Positions 15,410 to 25,899 of a stretch of DNA of 37,154 nucleotides are shown here, piece after piece. The number at the start of each line of letters is the position of its first letter. Position 1 is the stretch's first letter. The position numbers and the translations under genes were made by a program. The notes under the pieces are model-generated. The model saw only the letters and a program-made list of their open reading frames with translations, was not told where the DNA came from and searched no databases. Source of the stretch: a virus (lineage: Duplodnaviria > Caudoviricetes); IMG/VR virus record IMGVR_UViG_3300032234_000156, positions 1 to 37,154 of that record; one strand, written 5' to 3'.

Positions 15410-16090
15410 ATGTCAACATTAGATGTATCAAAAATAAAGCAGTACCCTCTTAAGGAAACGCAATATGTGAAAGAGGATACTACTAAGAGACAGATAGTGC
15501 TTCATCATACAGCAGGAAACTCTTCTGCTGTAAATACCATGATTAACTGGAATAATGATGATAGAGGTAGAATAGCAACATGTGTAGCTATATCTGGTAA
15601 AGGATCTACTAATTCTTATGACGGTGAAATAGTTCAAGGATTTCCATCTAAAAACTGGGCATACCATTTAGGAGTTAAACAAGAAGTATTTGCTGCCTAT
15701 GGTGTTACTTATCAGAATCTAGATAAACTAGCTATAGGAATTGAGATATGCAACTGGGGACCTCTTACAAAGAAAGGTAGTAAGTTCTATAACTATGTAG
15801 ATAGGGAAGTTCCAAGAGACCAGGTATGTACACTAGATACTCCATATAAAGGATATAAGTACTGGCATGCTTACACAGATGCTCAAATAGAAGCAGTAAG
15901 GCAGTTACTTGTATATTGGAAAGGAATACACAGTATTGATATTAAGTATAAAGAAGCTGATATGTGGGCTGTTTCTAAACCTGCATTATCAGGTGTGCAA
16001 GGAGTTTACTCACACAACTCTTATAGAAACGATAAGACAGATGTATCTCCTCAACCTAAGTTAATAGCAATGCTTAAAACTTTAGTATAA
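15410..16090 (+). CDS. endolysin, N-acetylmuramoyl-L-alanine amidase (Amidase_2 type)
   Basis: IVLHHTAG, WAYHLG, IGIEICNWG, YTDAQIEA and SH...KTDVSP Zn-amidase motifs. Confidence 0.9.
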   Translation: MSTLDVSKIKQYPLKETQYVKEDTTKRQIVLHHTAGNSSAVNTMINWNNDDRGRIATCVAISGKGSTNSYDGEIVQGFPSKNWAYHLGVKQEVFAAYGVTYQNLDKLAIGIEICNWGPLTKKGSKFYNYVDREVPRDQVCTLDTPYKGYKYWHAYTDAQIEAVRQLLVYWKGIHSIDIKYKEADMWAVSKPALSGVQGVYSHNSYRNDKTDVSPQPKLIAMLKTLV

Positions 16091-16248
16091 TGAAACTAAG
16101 AAACAATTGGAAAGCAAAAAATAAACAGTGGGATAAGTTTATGGTCAAACTTAGAATAAGTAGCCTAGACATATTTACTGTTGAAATTGATATCTCTAGA
16201 GAGTTTTATATGATAACTATATTGAATTTATGTATTAAAAACAGATAA
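16090..16248 (+). CDS. small hypothetical protein (52 aa)
   Basis: TAATG coupling to the amidase; MKLRNNWKAK... Confidence 0.65.
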   Translation: MKLRNNWKAKNKQWDKFMVKLRISSLDIFTVEIDISREFYMITILNLCIKNR

Positions 16249-16249
16249 T

Positions 16250-16414
16250 ATGAAAACTACACCAAATACTAAGAAAGGAAAAAGATTATATGAAATGGGA
16301 GCAATTGATGCTACATCAATAGTTACATACCCAACATCATCTATTACAATGTTAGACGGATACTTAGGTAAAAACTCTAAGCTTAACAACGTTAAGTCTA
16401 AGAATAGCAAGTAA
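16250..16414 (+). CDS. small basic hypothetical protein (54 aa)
   Basis: MKTTPNTKKGKRLYEMGA...; ends before a terminator. Confidence 0.6.
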   Translation: MKTTPNTKKGKRLYEMGAIDATSIVTYPTSSITMLDGYLGKNSKLNNVKSKNSK

Positions 16415-16434
16415 TCCTTTAACTAATTAATTGT

Positions 16435-16466
16435 ATAGGTCTCTAAATCAGGGGCCTATTTTTTTT
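16435..16466 (+). terminator. intrinsic terminator
   Basis: ATAGGTCTCT/AGGGGCCTAT stem + T tract. Confidence 0.8.
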
Positions 16467-16526
16467 GTAAATATTTTATGTTTAAATATTTTTAGATATA
16501 TTTGTATATATTTAATTAATTAAGTT

Positions 16527-16775
16527 ATGTCAGAAAATGTAAACCAACAACAAGAACTGACTCAGGAACAAATTGCAGAGTTAAAAGCAAAAACTCTTGC
16601 ATTTTACAGAGACAGGATTCCATTTATGGAAGTGCAACTTCAATTTGAAACTCTTGATGCAGATATTGAAGAAGCAAAATTAAGAGCCTTTATTGCCAGA
16701 CTAAAGATGGCACAAATTACAAATCCTCCATCAGAAGAGGACACAGAAGAAATAACTCCTGAAAAAGAAAAGTAA
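16527..16775 (+). CDS. hypothetical coiled-coil protein
   Basis: 82 aa, after TATATTTG at 16497. Confidence 0.8.
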   Translation: MSENVNQQQELTQEQIAELKAKTLAFYRDRIPFMEVQLQFETLDADIEEAKLRAFIARLKMAQITNPPSEEDTEEITPEKEK

Positions 16776-16777
16776 TC

Positions 16778-17149
16778 ATGCCTAAAGCTAATTTAGTTGA
16801 AAAAAGAATTAGAATGAGTAAACGTGATATTATAAGATATCAGTTACTTACTCATTCATTTATCAACTCAATATCATATAGTGAGGCAGAATTAAATTGT
16901 TTAACTCTTTTGGGAGTTATGGGTGAAACTGATCTTTCATCATTTTGTGATTATGTAGTTGATGAGAATATATTTAAGGTATCTCAAACTGCTAGAAACT
17001 TTCTTACTAAAGCTGAAAAGATGAGCTTAATAGAAAAGAACGGTACTAGTAGAAAAAAGATTAAACTTAAAGATGATCTTAAAGTGCAGACATCAGGTAA
17101 TATTGTTTTAGATTATAAAATAGTATACATTGATACCCAAGAGTCATAA
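16778..17149 (+). CDS. hypothetical protein, possibly winged-helix DNA-binding
   Basis: SEAELNCL...SQTARNFLTKAEKMSLIEK resembles a wHTH. Confidence 0.6.
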   Translation: MPKANLVEKRIRMSKRDIIRYQLLTHSFINSISYSEAELNCLTLLGVMGETDLSSFCDYVVDENIFKVSQTARNFLTKAEKMSLIEKNGTSRKKIKLKDDLKVQTSGNIVLDYKIVYIDTQES

Positions 17150-17519
17150 AATATTTATTAAGCCTACAGCAGAAGAACTGTCAGTGTCTGAAACACTGGT
17201 AGAAGATGTTGTTGAATTTTTTTACAGTGATGTAAGAAGGACACTTAATGAATTAAAATCATTTAATGTTAAGATTGATAATCTTGGTACTTTTAAGATA
17301 AAAGAGAAAGAACTTGGTAAACTTAAAAGCAAATTAGAAGGTCACTTAAAAGCTTTAGAAGATCCTGAAAGTTTTAATCAAATGAGAATCAGAAAGGATG
17401 TTAAGATAAAGTATGATAAGATACGTAAAGTAAGTGAACTTATTAATGCTGAAAAAGAAAGAAAAAAGGAACACAAAAAAACCAAACATGAAAAGAATCA
17501 AGGAAATTTGGAAAAATAG
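17130..17519 (+). CDS. HU/IHF-like DNA-binding protein
   Basis: AEELSVSETLVEDVVEFFY...VKIDNLGTFKIK matches the HU/IHF pattern; such genes precede terL in crAss-like phages. Confidence 0.7.
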   Translation: MIPKSHKIFIKPTAEELSVSETLVEDVVEFFYSDVRRTLNELKSFNVKIDNLGTFKIKEKELGKLKSKLEGHLKALEDPESFNQMRIRKDVKIKYDKIRKVSELINAEKERKKEHKKTKHEKNQGNLEK

Positions 17520-17898
17520 AAAACTCATCTGGGAAGGAATGATGAATACTATTTTTAGAAAAAGATATGTAGAGAAAGTATCTGCAGAAAGAATGGAGAT
17601 ATGTAATGCGTGTGAGTTTTTAGACCTAGAAGGTAAAGACTGTGCAGCATACGGAACACAGCCTTGTTGTGGAAACTGTGGATGTTCTTTAGCATTTAAA
17701 ACAAGATCTTTAGCCTCAGAGTGTCCATTAGGTAAATGGGATGCTGTAGAACCTGAAGAAGAGGAAACTGAAGAGATAGATTTAGAAAACATGACAGATC
17801 AAGAAAAAATTGCATTTGTAATAGAAGTATTAGAGTCGTGTGAAATAAATTTATCTACGGTTATTAAGAAGCTTAATACCTATGTAAAAGATGAATAA
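17488..17898 (+). CDS. Cys-rich putative Zn-binding protein
   Basis: Likely ATG 17488; R..IC..C, CGNCGC.L..K.RS...CPLGKW. Confidence 0.75.
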   Translation: MKRIKEIWKNRKLIWEGMMNTIFRKRYVEKVSAERMEICNACEFLDLEGKDCAAYGTQPCCGNCGCSLAFKTRSLASECPLGKWDAVEPEEEETEEIDLENMTDQEKIAFVIEVLESCEINLSTVIKKLNTYVKDE

Positions 17899-17910
17899 AT
17901 AAAATATACT

Positions 17911-18747
17911 ATGGCAATTCAATTCACAGCAGCAGATCATAAATATTCAAGTCTAGACAATTCAGAACCTATAGAATGGATAAGTGTAACAAGTCTTATA
18001 AGTTTATTTAAGAAACCATTTGACAAAGAAGCACAAGCAGCAAAGTCTTCTAAAAACAAAAAATCTAAGTGGTATGGTTTATCAGCAGAAAAGATTTTAG
18101 AACTGTGGGAGACTAACAATCATCTTGCACTAGATCTTGGTACATGGTATCATAATCAAAGAGAAGCTGATCTTCTTTCATGTGATACAATAGGTAGATT
18201 TGGTATTGACTTACCTATCTTTAAACCTATTGAGCAAGACGGTGTTAAAATAGCACCAGATCAAAACTTAGTTGAGGGAATATATCCTGAACATATGGTA
18301 TATCTAAAGTCTGCAGGAATATGTGGACAAGCAGATAGAATAGAAGTCATAAGGAATACAGTAAATGTACATGACTATAAAACTAATAAAGAGATACGTC
18401 AAGAATCTTATAGAAACTGGAATGGTGAGTCTGAAAAGATGTTGGGACCATTAAATCATTTAGATGACTGTAATTACATTCATTACTCTCTACAGCTTTC
18501 TATATACATGTATATCATATTAAAGCACAATCCTAACCTAGTGCCAGGGGATATTATATTAGAACATATTATATTTAAAAGAGAAGGAGAAGACATATAT
18601 GGTAATCCTATATATTTAAAAGATGATGATGGCAACCCAGTTGTTGAAAAAGTTGTAACTTATGAGTTACCATATATGAAAAAAGAAGTAACTTATATTA
18701 TAAAGCATTTGCAAAATAATCCTGAACTTAAAAACAAAAAGAAATAA
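17911..18747 (+). CDS. PD-(D/E)xK nuclease superfamily protein
   Basis: SVT.LI, GT..H, E, GQAD, DYKT and Y.LQL..Y motifs. Confidence 0.85.
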   Translation: MAIQFTAADHKYSSLDNSEPIEWISVTSLISLFKKPFDKEAQAAKSSKNKKSKWYGLSAEKILELWETNNHLALDLGTWYHNQREADLLSCDTIGRFGIDLPIFKPIEQDGVKIAPDQNLVEGIYPEHMVYLKSAGICGQADRIEVIRNTVNVHDYKTNKEIRQESYRNWNGESEKMLGPLNHLDDCNYIHYSLQLSIYMYIILKHNPNLVPGDIILEHIIFKREGEDIYGNPIYLKDDDGNPVVEKVVTYELPYMKKEVTYIIKHLQNNPELKNKKK

Positions 18748-18748
18748 T

Positions 18749-18997
18749 ATGTTAGTAGAATTAAGAGGTCTCCTTATTGATAAAAGTTTAGTTGACTTAG
18801 GTATAGATCCTTCATCTTCAAATGAGATAGAGGTAAGATTAGTATTTCAAAAATCTGCAATTCATGGAGTTAGAGAAGTTCTTGATGATGATGGTAATGT
18901 CATCTCTGGTGAATGTATAATCTATACTGCGTGCAATGAAACTTTTGTAGTAAGAAATTCATTTGATGAACTTAAAAAGATAATGAATGACAATTAA
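18749..18997 (+). CDS. hypothetical protein
   Basis: 82 aa, translationally coupled. Confidence 0.75.
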   Translation: MLVELRGLLIDKSLVDLGIDPSSSNEIEVRLVFQKSAIHGVREVLDDDGNVISGECIIYTACNETFVVRNSFDELKKIMNDN

Positions 18998-19508
18998 ACT
19001 ATTTGAAGTAGAGAATGGGGTAGTTAAGGCTACTGAGCATTGTCATACAATTAAGTGGCTACAGGATATTATGATTAATTATCCTGACACTTATCTTAAG
19101 ATATATACTTATATATTCTATTTAACGTGCCCTAATCCAGAACTAAATCCTTTCTTTAACGTACCTGAAGATGATAAAGAGGATCTGATACTTGAGGCAG
19201 TTGGTGTAGATATACCTACAGATGGAGCACTTATTGTTAATGCAATCAGAAAATGTACAGAGCTATATACAACTCCTACACTCAGAGCATATAATGGTAT
19301 ATCTAAGATGTTAGATAAATTAAGTTATTATATGGAAACTGCTCCTATTACAGCGGGTAGAGATGGTAACATAAATTCATTACTTGCTGCAGCTAAAAAC
19401 TTTCAGGCCATTAGAGAAACATTTAAAGGAGTTCTTAAAGACTTAGAAGCTGAACAAAGTAAAACATCTGTAAGAGGAGGTCAAAACTTAGGATATGATC
19501 AGTTATAG
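18987..19508 (+). CDS. conserved protein upstream of terL (possible small terminase)
   Basis: Overlaps the terL start; helical, ends VRGGQNLGYDQL; call rests on position only. Confidence 0.55.
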   Translation: MTIKLFEVENGVVKATEHCHTIKWLQDIMINYPDTYLKIYTYIFYLTCPNPELNPFFNVPEDDKEDLILEAVGVDIPTDGALIVNAIRKCTELYTTPTLRAYNGISKMLDKLSYYMETAPITAGRDGNINSLLAAAKNFQAIRETFKGVLKDLEAEQSKTSVRGGQNLGYDQL

Positions 19509-21708
19509 TGAACCAGAATTTGAGATACCTACATGGGACAATGGTGTATGGACTACATCTACATTTGATACTAGACAAGACTTTGTAGATTTCCTAACTC
19601 CATTATTTAAAGAACCAGGTCAATATGAGTTTGATGAAACCTCATATATGTTTAATGAACAGGCTAGGAAATTTAAAGAGAATGGAGAGATATACTGTAC
19701 TTATCAGTATATGACTAAAGACTTTATCAACTACTGGAATGACCAGAAAGATAAGTGTAGGAAAGGAGTTATCTTTAAGAGTAATGGTAAGACTTGGTAT
19801 TTAGCTAGAGATTACTATATGTGGCTAAACTTTCTCCCAATATTTGACAAGGAGAAAAAGAACTTTGACTTTGCTACTGTACGTGATGCACAGTATCATT
19901 TGGCATTATACGAATGTCTTGCAGAGTTGAACTACAAACATGCATCTATATTAAAGAAACGTCAGATAGCTTCCTCATATTTTCATATGGGTAAGTTTAT
20001 TAATCAGATATGGTTTGAACCTGGGGTCATCTTAAAGCTAGGTGCGTCACTTAAAGATTACATTGGTCTTGAGGGTTCATGGAAATTCTTAGATGAGTAC
20101 CGTGCATTTCTTAACTCTAAGACTGCATGGTATAGACCTATGAATCCAGGTAAGGTATTAACTTGGCAGCAAAAGATTGAGGTAACTGAGAACGGTAGAA
20201 AGCAGGAGAAAGGTCTCAAAGGGATGTTACAAGGTATGTCCTTTGAGCAATCAGATACTAAAGGTGTAGGGGGTCCATGTTCTTACTTCTTCTATGAAGA
20301 GGCAGGGATTGCTCCTACTATGAATAAAACATTTGAGTATCTAAGGCCAGCAATGCAATCTGGAGAGATTACTACAGGACTTTTTATATGTGCTGGATCT
20401 GTGGGTGATTTATCTCAGTGTAAGCCTCTGGAAGACTTTACTATGCATCCTGATGCAAATGGAATGTATGCAGTAGAATCAGACTTAATAGATGACACTG
20501 GAGTAAGAGGGCGTACAGCTTTGTTTATTCCTGAGCACTGGTCTATGCCACCATATATAGATGAGTATGGTAACTCACTAGTTAAAGAAGCATTAAAAGC
20601 AATAGCATCTATACGTGAGGATTGGAAAAAGAATCTGTCACCTGAAATATATAGGTTGCGTATATCACAGCATCCAATAAATATAAAAGAAGCATTTGCA
20701 TTTCGTGATGAATCTATCTTTCCTCTATTACTTGTTGCTCAGCAAAAGAAACGTGTGGAGGACAAAGAGTTTCCATATGAACATATAGAATTAGAGAGAT
20801 CAATCACAGGAGATATTAATGCTAAGCTATCACGAAGATTACCTATTATGGAGTTTCCTGTAGATAAGAAGCGTGAAGATAAAAGAGGTGTATTGGTAGT
20901 ATATGAAAGACCTATTGAGGGTGCAAAGTGGGGAACTTACTATGCATCTATTGACCCTGTTGGTGAAGGTAAAACAACAACCTCAGATTCACTCTGTTCA
21001 ATATACGTATATAAGAATCCAACTGAAGTAACTAGAATTACAGATAAGGGTGTTGAGAATTTAGCAGAAGGTGATAAGATAGTAGCATCCTGGTGTGGAC
21101 GTTATGATGATATAACTAAAACACATGAACAGCTAGAGCTTATCATTGAGTGGTATAATTCATGGACCATTGTAGAGAATAACGTATCTCTATTTATCCA
21201 ATACATGATAGAGAGGAAGAAACAGAAGTATCTAGTACCTAAGAGTCAAATTGTATTCTTAAAAGACTTAGGTGCTAATAAGACTGTATACTCAGATTAT
21301 GGTTGGAAAAATACAGGAACAATATTTAAAACTCATTTATTAAGTTATTTAATTAGTTGGCTTACAGAAGAAACAAATCAAGAAACAGATACTGATGGAA
21401 CTGTACTTTCTACTACCTATGGGATAGATAGAATAACAGACTACATGGCACTTGTAGAGATGGAACAGTATAGACCAGGTGTCAACGTGGATAGACTTGT
21501 TTCCTTAGCAGCACTGATTGCATTTGCAAAAGTTCAATTATCTAACAGAGGATTTGCAAAACGTGTTGATGACGTGAGGACTAAAAACTTGCAAAAGTCA
21601 GAAAATTTGTATAAATTAAATAATAGCCCCTTCAGGCATATGGGTAAGGCAAGAGGGAGCAATACACATAATAGATTACCTAGGATACCATATAGAAGAT
21701 TAAAATAA
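19495..21708 (+). CDS. terL: terminase large subunit
   Basis: Walker A-like LKKRQIASSY, Walker B FFYEEAG, RNase H-like nuclease ASIDP...SDS and VDR; adjacent to portal. Confidence 0.92.
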   Translation: MISYSEPEFEIPTWDNGVWTTSTFDTRQDFVDFLTPLFKEPGQYEFDETSYMFNEQARKFKENGEIYCTYQYMTKDFINYWNDQKDKCRKGVIFKSNGKTWYLARDYYMWLNFLPIFDKEKKNFDFATVRDAQYHLALYECLAELNYKHASILKKRQIASSYFHMGKFINQIWFEPGVILKLGASLKDYIGLEGSWKFLDEYRAFLNSKTAWYRPMNPGKVLTWQQKIEVTENGRKQEKGLKGMLQGMSFEQSDTKGVGGPCSYFFYEEAGIAPTMNKTFEYLRPAMQSGEITTGLFICAGSVGDLSQCKPLEDFTMHPDANGMYAVESDLIDDTGVRGRTALFIPEHWSMPPYIDEYGNSLVKEALKAIASIREDWKKNLSPEIYRLRISQHPINIKEAFAFRDESIFPLLLVAQQKKRVEDKEFPYEHIELERSITGDINAKLSRRLPIMEFPVDKKREDKRGVLVVYERPIEGAKWGTYYASIDPVGEGKTTTSDSLCSIYVYKNPTEVTRITDKGVENLAEGDKIVASWCGRYDDITKTHEQLELIIEWYNSWTIVENNVSLFIQYMIERKKQKYLVPKSQIVFLKDLGANKTVYSDYGWKNTGTIFKTHLLSYLISWLTEETNQETDTDGTVLSTTYGIDRITDYMALVEMEQYRPGVNVDRLVSLAALIAFAKVQLSNRGFAKRVDDVRTKNLQKSENLYKLNNSPFRHMGKARGSNTHNRLPRIPYRRLK

Positions 21709-24473
21709 TGGAAATTTTAAATGCGCTTCAATTAAAGAAAGGTAAAAGAGCTGAATATAATCGTTTAGGTAATATTACTCAGCCCTTACAGTTTTTGCCT
21801 GCAAAAGAAAAAGATGATGACTGGACAGCCTGGAATATGGACTGGCTAGAATGGCAAGGACTTAAGCATATACGTAGAAATGCCCGCAGACTTATGAAGA
21901 ACTATAAGCTTGCAAAAGGTATCATTGACAAGACAGATTATCTTATTGAAGAGGATAATGAATATAGAGATATAGTTGATACTCTAGCTAGAGAAGATCT
22001 GGGAGCAATGGAGTTGAAATTCTATCCTATTGTACCTAGTGTAATCAAAGTTCTTACAGCAGAATTTGCTAAAAGAAATACTCGTGTAAACTTTAGAGCT
22101 GTAGATGAGTATACCTACAATGAAATAATGGAAGGTAAAAGAGCAGATATTGAAGATGCTCTTGTAAAAATGGCTGAGCAAAAAATGGCCATGCAAATGA
22201 TGGAGATGGGAGCTGATCCTAATGATCCTGAAATTAAGGAGAAAATGTCTCCAGAGAATATTAAGTCATTACCAGAGATACAAGAGTTCTATTCTAAGAG
22301 CTATGTAAGTATGGCAGAACAATGGGCTTCTAAACAACATCTTATTGATGAAGAAAGATTCATGATGGATGAGTTAGAAGAAAGAGCTTTTGAAGATGTA
22401 CTTATTACAGATAGAGAGTTCTGGCATTTTAAAATGTTAGAAGATGACTATAACATTGAGTTGTGGAATCCTGTACTTACATTCTACCATAAGTCACCAG
22501 ATGTAAGATATATATCTCAAGGTAACTGGGTAGGTAAAATAGAAATGTTAACTGCAGCTGATATCATAGATAAGTACGGATGGGTTATGTCTGAAGAACA
22601 ACTAGAATCTATTGAGGCAATATATCCAGTAAGATCAGCAGGTTATCCGATACAAGGATACCAGAATGATGGTACTTACTATGATGCTACAAGATCACAT
22701 GACTGGAACGTAAACAGACCTTCTTTAGAGTACAGACAGTTTACTTCTATGTATGATAACTTTGTCTATAATGGTGGAGATATCATTAACTGGATCATGG
22801 GTGAGTCTGAAGACTACTATGATATGGGTACTGCGCATATGTTACGTGTAACAACTGCATATTGGAAATCTCAGCGTAAAGTAGGACACTTAACTAAGAT
22901 AGATGAGACTGGTCAAGTTGAAACTTCTATAGTAGATGAGTTCTACAGCATCATAGACAAGCCAATGTATGATACTACATTCTTTAAGAATAAAACTAAA
23001 GATAACTTAGTATTTGGTGAACACATAGATTGGATATGGATTAACCAAGTATGGGGTGGTGTTAAGATTGGTCCTAACATGCCATCATGGTGGGGTATGC
23101 AGAATCCTGGAGGTATTAATCCAATATACTTGGGTATTATGCAGAATAGGATAAGACCTATGAAGTTCCAGTTTAAAGGAGACAGTACGCTTTATGGTTG
23201 TAAACTACCTGTTGAGGGTAGAGTATATTCAGATAGAAATACAAGGTCAATATCTCTTGTAGACTTAATGAAGCCATTCCAGATTGCATATAACATAGTT
23301 AATAACCAGATAGCTGACATCTTAGTAGATGAGATAGGTACAGTTATACTATTAGATCAGAATACACTACCTCAACACTCACTAGGTGAAGACTGGGGTA
23401 AGGGTAACTTGGCTAAAGCATATGTAGCAATGAAGGACTTTGGTATGTTACCATTAGATACTTCAATTACTAATACGGAGAATGCTCTTAACTTCCAGCA
23501 CTTCCAGGTGTTAAACCTTGAGCAGACCCAACGTATGCTATCACGTATCCAGCTTGCTAACTTTTTTAAGCAACAAGCATTTGAAGTTATTGGTGTTACC
23601 CCACAAAGGCTAGGACAACAATTAGGACAAACAAACACAGCTACAGGAATAGAACAGGCAGTAGCGGGTTCATATGCACAGACTGAACAATACTTTAGTC
23701 AGCACTCAGACCACTTAATGCCTAGAGTACATCAGATGCGTACTGACTTAGCTCAGTATTACTATTCTACTAAGCCATCAATAAGAATGCAAATCACTAC
23801 ATCTAATGATGAGAGAGCAAACTTTGAGATCAACGGTACAGATTTACTACTTAGAGATATCAATGTATATTGTAATACAAAAGCTAATCATAGATATATT
23901 ATAGAGCAAATGAAACAACTTGCTGTATCTAATAATACATCAGGCGCATCTATATATGATTTAGGAAACATCTTACAGACAGACTCAATTGGTCACTTGA
24001 ATAACATCTTAAAAGACATTGAGAATAAACAGAAAGCTCTTAAGCAAGAAGAATATGCTCAACAAGAGAAGATGAAACAGATGGAACTAGAAGCTATTGC
24101 TACAGAAAAAGCAGGTGAAAGAGAGTTTGAATCTCTTGAAGCTGAAAAGAATAGAAGAAAAGACCTTCTTGTTGCTGAGATTAAATCTGCTGGTTATGGT
24201 GCAATGCAAGATGTAAATCAAAACTTACAATCTGACTATGCTGACCAAATGGAAATTATTAGAAAAAGTGATGAGTATAATCAAACTATAAACTTTGATA
24301 GAGAAAAAGAAATAAACAAGAATAATCAGTTTAGCCAAAAGGTAAATCTTGAGAAAGAAAAGATGCAAAACCAGGTTCAGATGAAACAAATGGAGATGGA
24401 TATTGCTAAGCAAAACAAGAATAAATACGATGTTGGAGCAACTGAAAAACCTAAAAATAAGAAAAAGAAATAA
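21708..24473 (+). CDS. portal protein
   Basis: 921 aa directly after terL, coiled-coil C-terminus, SLVDLMKPFQIAYN and IGVTPQRLGQ portal-like blocks. Confidence 0.85.
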   Translation: MEILNALQLKKGKRAEYNRLGNITQPLQFLPAKEKDDDWTAWNMDWLEWQGLKHIRRNARRLMKNYKLAKGIIDKTDYLIEEDNEYRDIVDTLAREDLGAMELKFYPIVPSVIKVLTAEFAKRNTRVNFRAVDEYTYNEIMEGKRADIEDALVKMAEQKMAMQMMEMGADPNDPEIKEKMSPENIKSLPEIQEFYSKSYVSMAEQWASKQHLIDEERFMMDELEERAFEDVLITDREFWHFKMLEDDYNIELWNPVLTFYHKSPDVRYISQGNWVGKIEMLTAADIIDKYGWVMSEEQLESIEAIYPVRSAGYPIQGYQNDGTYYDATRSHDWNVNRPSLEYRQFTSMYDNFVYNGGDIINWIMGESEDYYDMGTAHMLRVTTAYWKSQRKVGHLTKIDETGQVETSIVDEFYSIIDKPMYDTTFFKNKTKDNLVFGEHIDWIWINQVWGGVKIGPNMPSWWGMQNPGGINPIYLGIMQNRIRPMKFQFKGDSTLYGCKLPVEGRVYSDRNTRSISLVDLMKPFQIAYNIVNNQIADILVDEIGTVILLDQNTLPQHSLGEDWGKGNLAKAYVAMKDFGMLPLDTSITNTENALNFQHFQVLNLEQTQRMLSRIQLANFFKQQAFEVIGVTPQRLGQQLGQTNTATGIEQAVAGSYAQTEQYFSQHSDHLMPRVHQMRTDLAQYYYSTKPSIRMQITTSNDERANFEINGTDLLLRDINVYCNTKANHRYIIEQMKQLAVSNNTSGASIYDLGNILQTDSIGHLNNILKDIENKQKALKQEEYAQQEKMKQMELEAIATEKAGEREFESLEAEKNRRKDLLVAEIKSAGYGAMQDVNQNLQSDYADQMEIIRKSDEYNQTINFDREKEINKNNQFSQKVNLEKEKMQNQVQMKQMEMDIAKQNKNKYDVGATEKPKNKKKK

Positions 24474-24595
24474 TTATAGCTATTTAGTAAAAAACTTTTA
24501 AATGTATAATTATAATTAATTAAATATATAAAAGTTAACTCACTAAATTTGTGTATATTATAAGTAAGTCAATCACATAAAATAACCAAAGTATT

Positions 24596-25849
24596 ATGCC
24601 AACAAATGAAAACACAAATGTCCAAGAAGTTGAATTTGACAACTTGGAAGATTTGTTAGGCGTAGGAAGTGAAAGTATAATGGTTCCAGAATCTTCTAAA
24701 CAAGAAGAGGAAAAGAAACCAGGAATGTTTTCACCAACTACAACTGACACTACGTTCCTTGACAAACCAGTTACTACTACTGCTACAACAGACAGTAATA
24801 GTGGTGAAGCTGCAAAAACAGTTGATGCTCCTACATTAGAGGATCTAAATCAACTCATTGAAGAATCTTTTTCTGATGATAATCCTAAGAATACAGGAGG
24901 AAGACCATCATTGTCTAAAGATGTAATGATTGAAACAGCTAATAAACTTATAGAAAAAGGTTTACTGTTTCCGTTTGATGATGGGAAGAAGCTAGATGAA
25001 TACTCAGCTGCTGATTGGGAAGAGTTACTTGAAGCTAACTTTAAAGAAAGAGAAGAGAGACTTCTTGAAGAAGTACCTGCTAGTTTCTATGAGAGTTTAC
25101 CACAAGAACTTAAACAAGCCTATGAGTATGTAGCTAATGGAGGTACAAATCTTAAAGACATGTTTAGAGCATTAGCTTCTACACAGGAAATTAAAGATTT
25201 AAATCCTAGATCTGAAGAAGGACAAGAAGATATAGTAAGAGCTTATCTTCAAGTTACTAGATACGGCACTCCTGAAGAAATTGAAGAAGAGATTGTTGCT
25301 CTAAGAGATAGAGGTGATCTTGAAACAAAAGCAATGAGATTTAAACCACGTTTAGATCAAATGCAAGAACAAATCATCCAGCAGAAAGTACAACAACAGC
25401 AAGAGGCTAAGGCTAAGCAACAAGAGCAGGCTAGAGTATATCAAGAAAATGTATATAAAGCATTAGATACAGATAACTTAAATGGATTGCGTATAGATAA
25501 CAAAACGCAAAACATGTTGTACTCAGGACTAGTAGCTCCTAATTACCCATCTATAAGTGGAAAACAAACAAACTTGTTAGGACACTTATTAGAGAAGTAT
25601 CAGTGGACTGAACCTCGTCATGACTTAATTGCAGAAGCTCTTTGGTTACTTGCAGACCCAGATGGGTACAAAAACAAACTAAGAGAAAATGCAGAGAAAG
25701 ACGCAACTCAAAAAACTGTAAGAATGTTAAAGACTGAGGAAGCAAATAAAATATCATCTTCTGTAAGAGATGAAGACGATGCACCTGCAGCTAGACAAAC
25801 TGCGTCAAGAACATTAAATAGAACTAAGAAAAACTTCTTCGGAAGATAA
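24596..25849 (+). CDS. putative scaffold/head assembly protein
   Basis: Acidic, coiled-coil, between portal and capsid genes. Confidence 0.65.
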   Translation: MPTNENTNVQEVEFDNLEDLLGVGSESIMVPESSKQEEEKKPGMFSPTTTDTTFLDKPVTTTATTDSNSGEAAKTVDAPTLEDLNQLIEESFSDDNPKNTGGRPSLSKDVMIETANKLIEKGLLFPFDDGKKLDEYSAADWEELLEANFKEREERLLEEVPASFYESLPQELKQAYEYVANGGTNLKDMFRALASTQEIKDLNPRSEEGQEDIVRAYLQVTRYGTPEEIEEEIVALRDRGDLETKAMRFKPRLDQMQEQIIQQKVQQQQEAKAKQQEQARVYQENVYKALDTDNLNGLRIDNKTQNMLYSGLVAPNYPSISGKQTNLLGHLLEKYQWTEPRHDLIAEALWLLADPDGYKNKLRENAEKDATQKTVRMLKTEEANKISSSVRDEDDAPAARQTASRTLNRTKKNFFGR

Positions 25850-25899
25850 TTAATAAGTAATAACATAAGTAATAATTAACAAACAAAAACAAATCGCAA

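Noticed and set aside
17911-18747. Cas4 of a CRISPR system
   Set aside because: PD-(D/E)xK motifs only, no clear four-Cys Fe-S pattern and no CRISPR context
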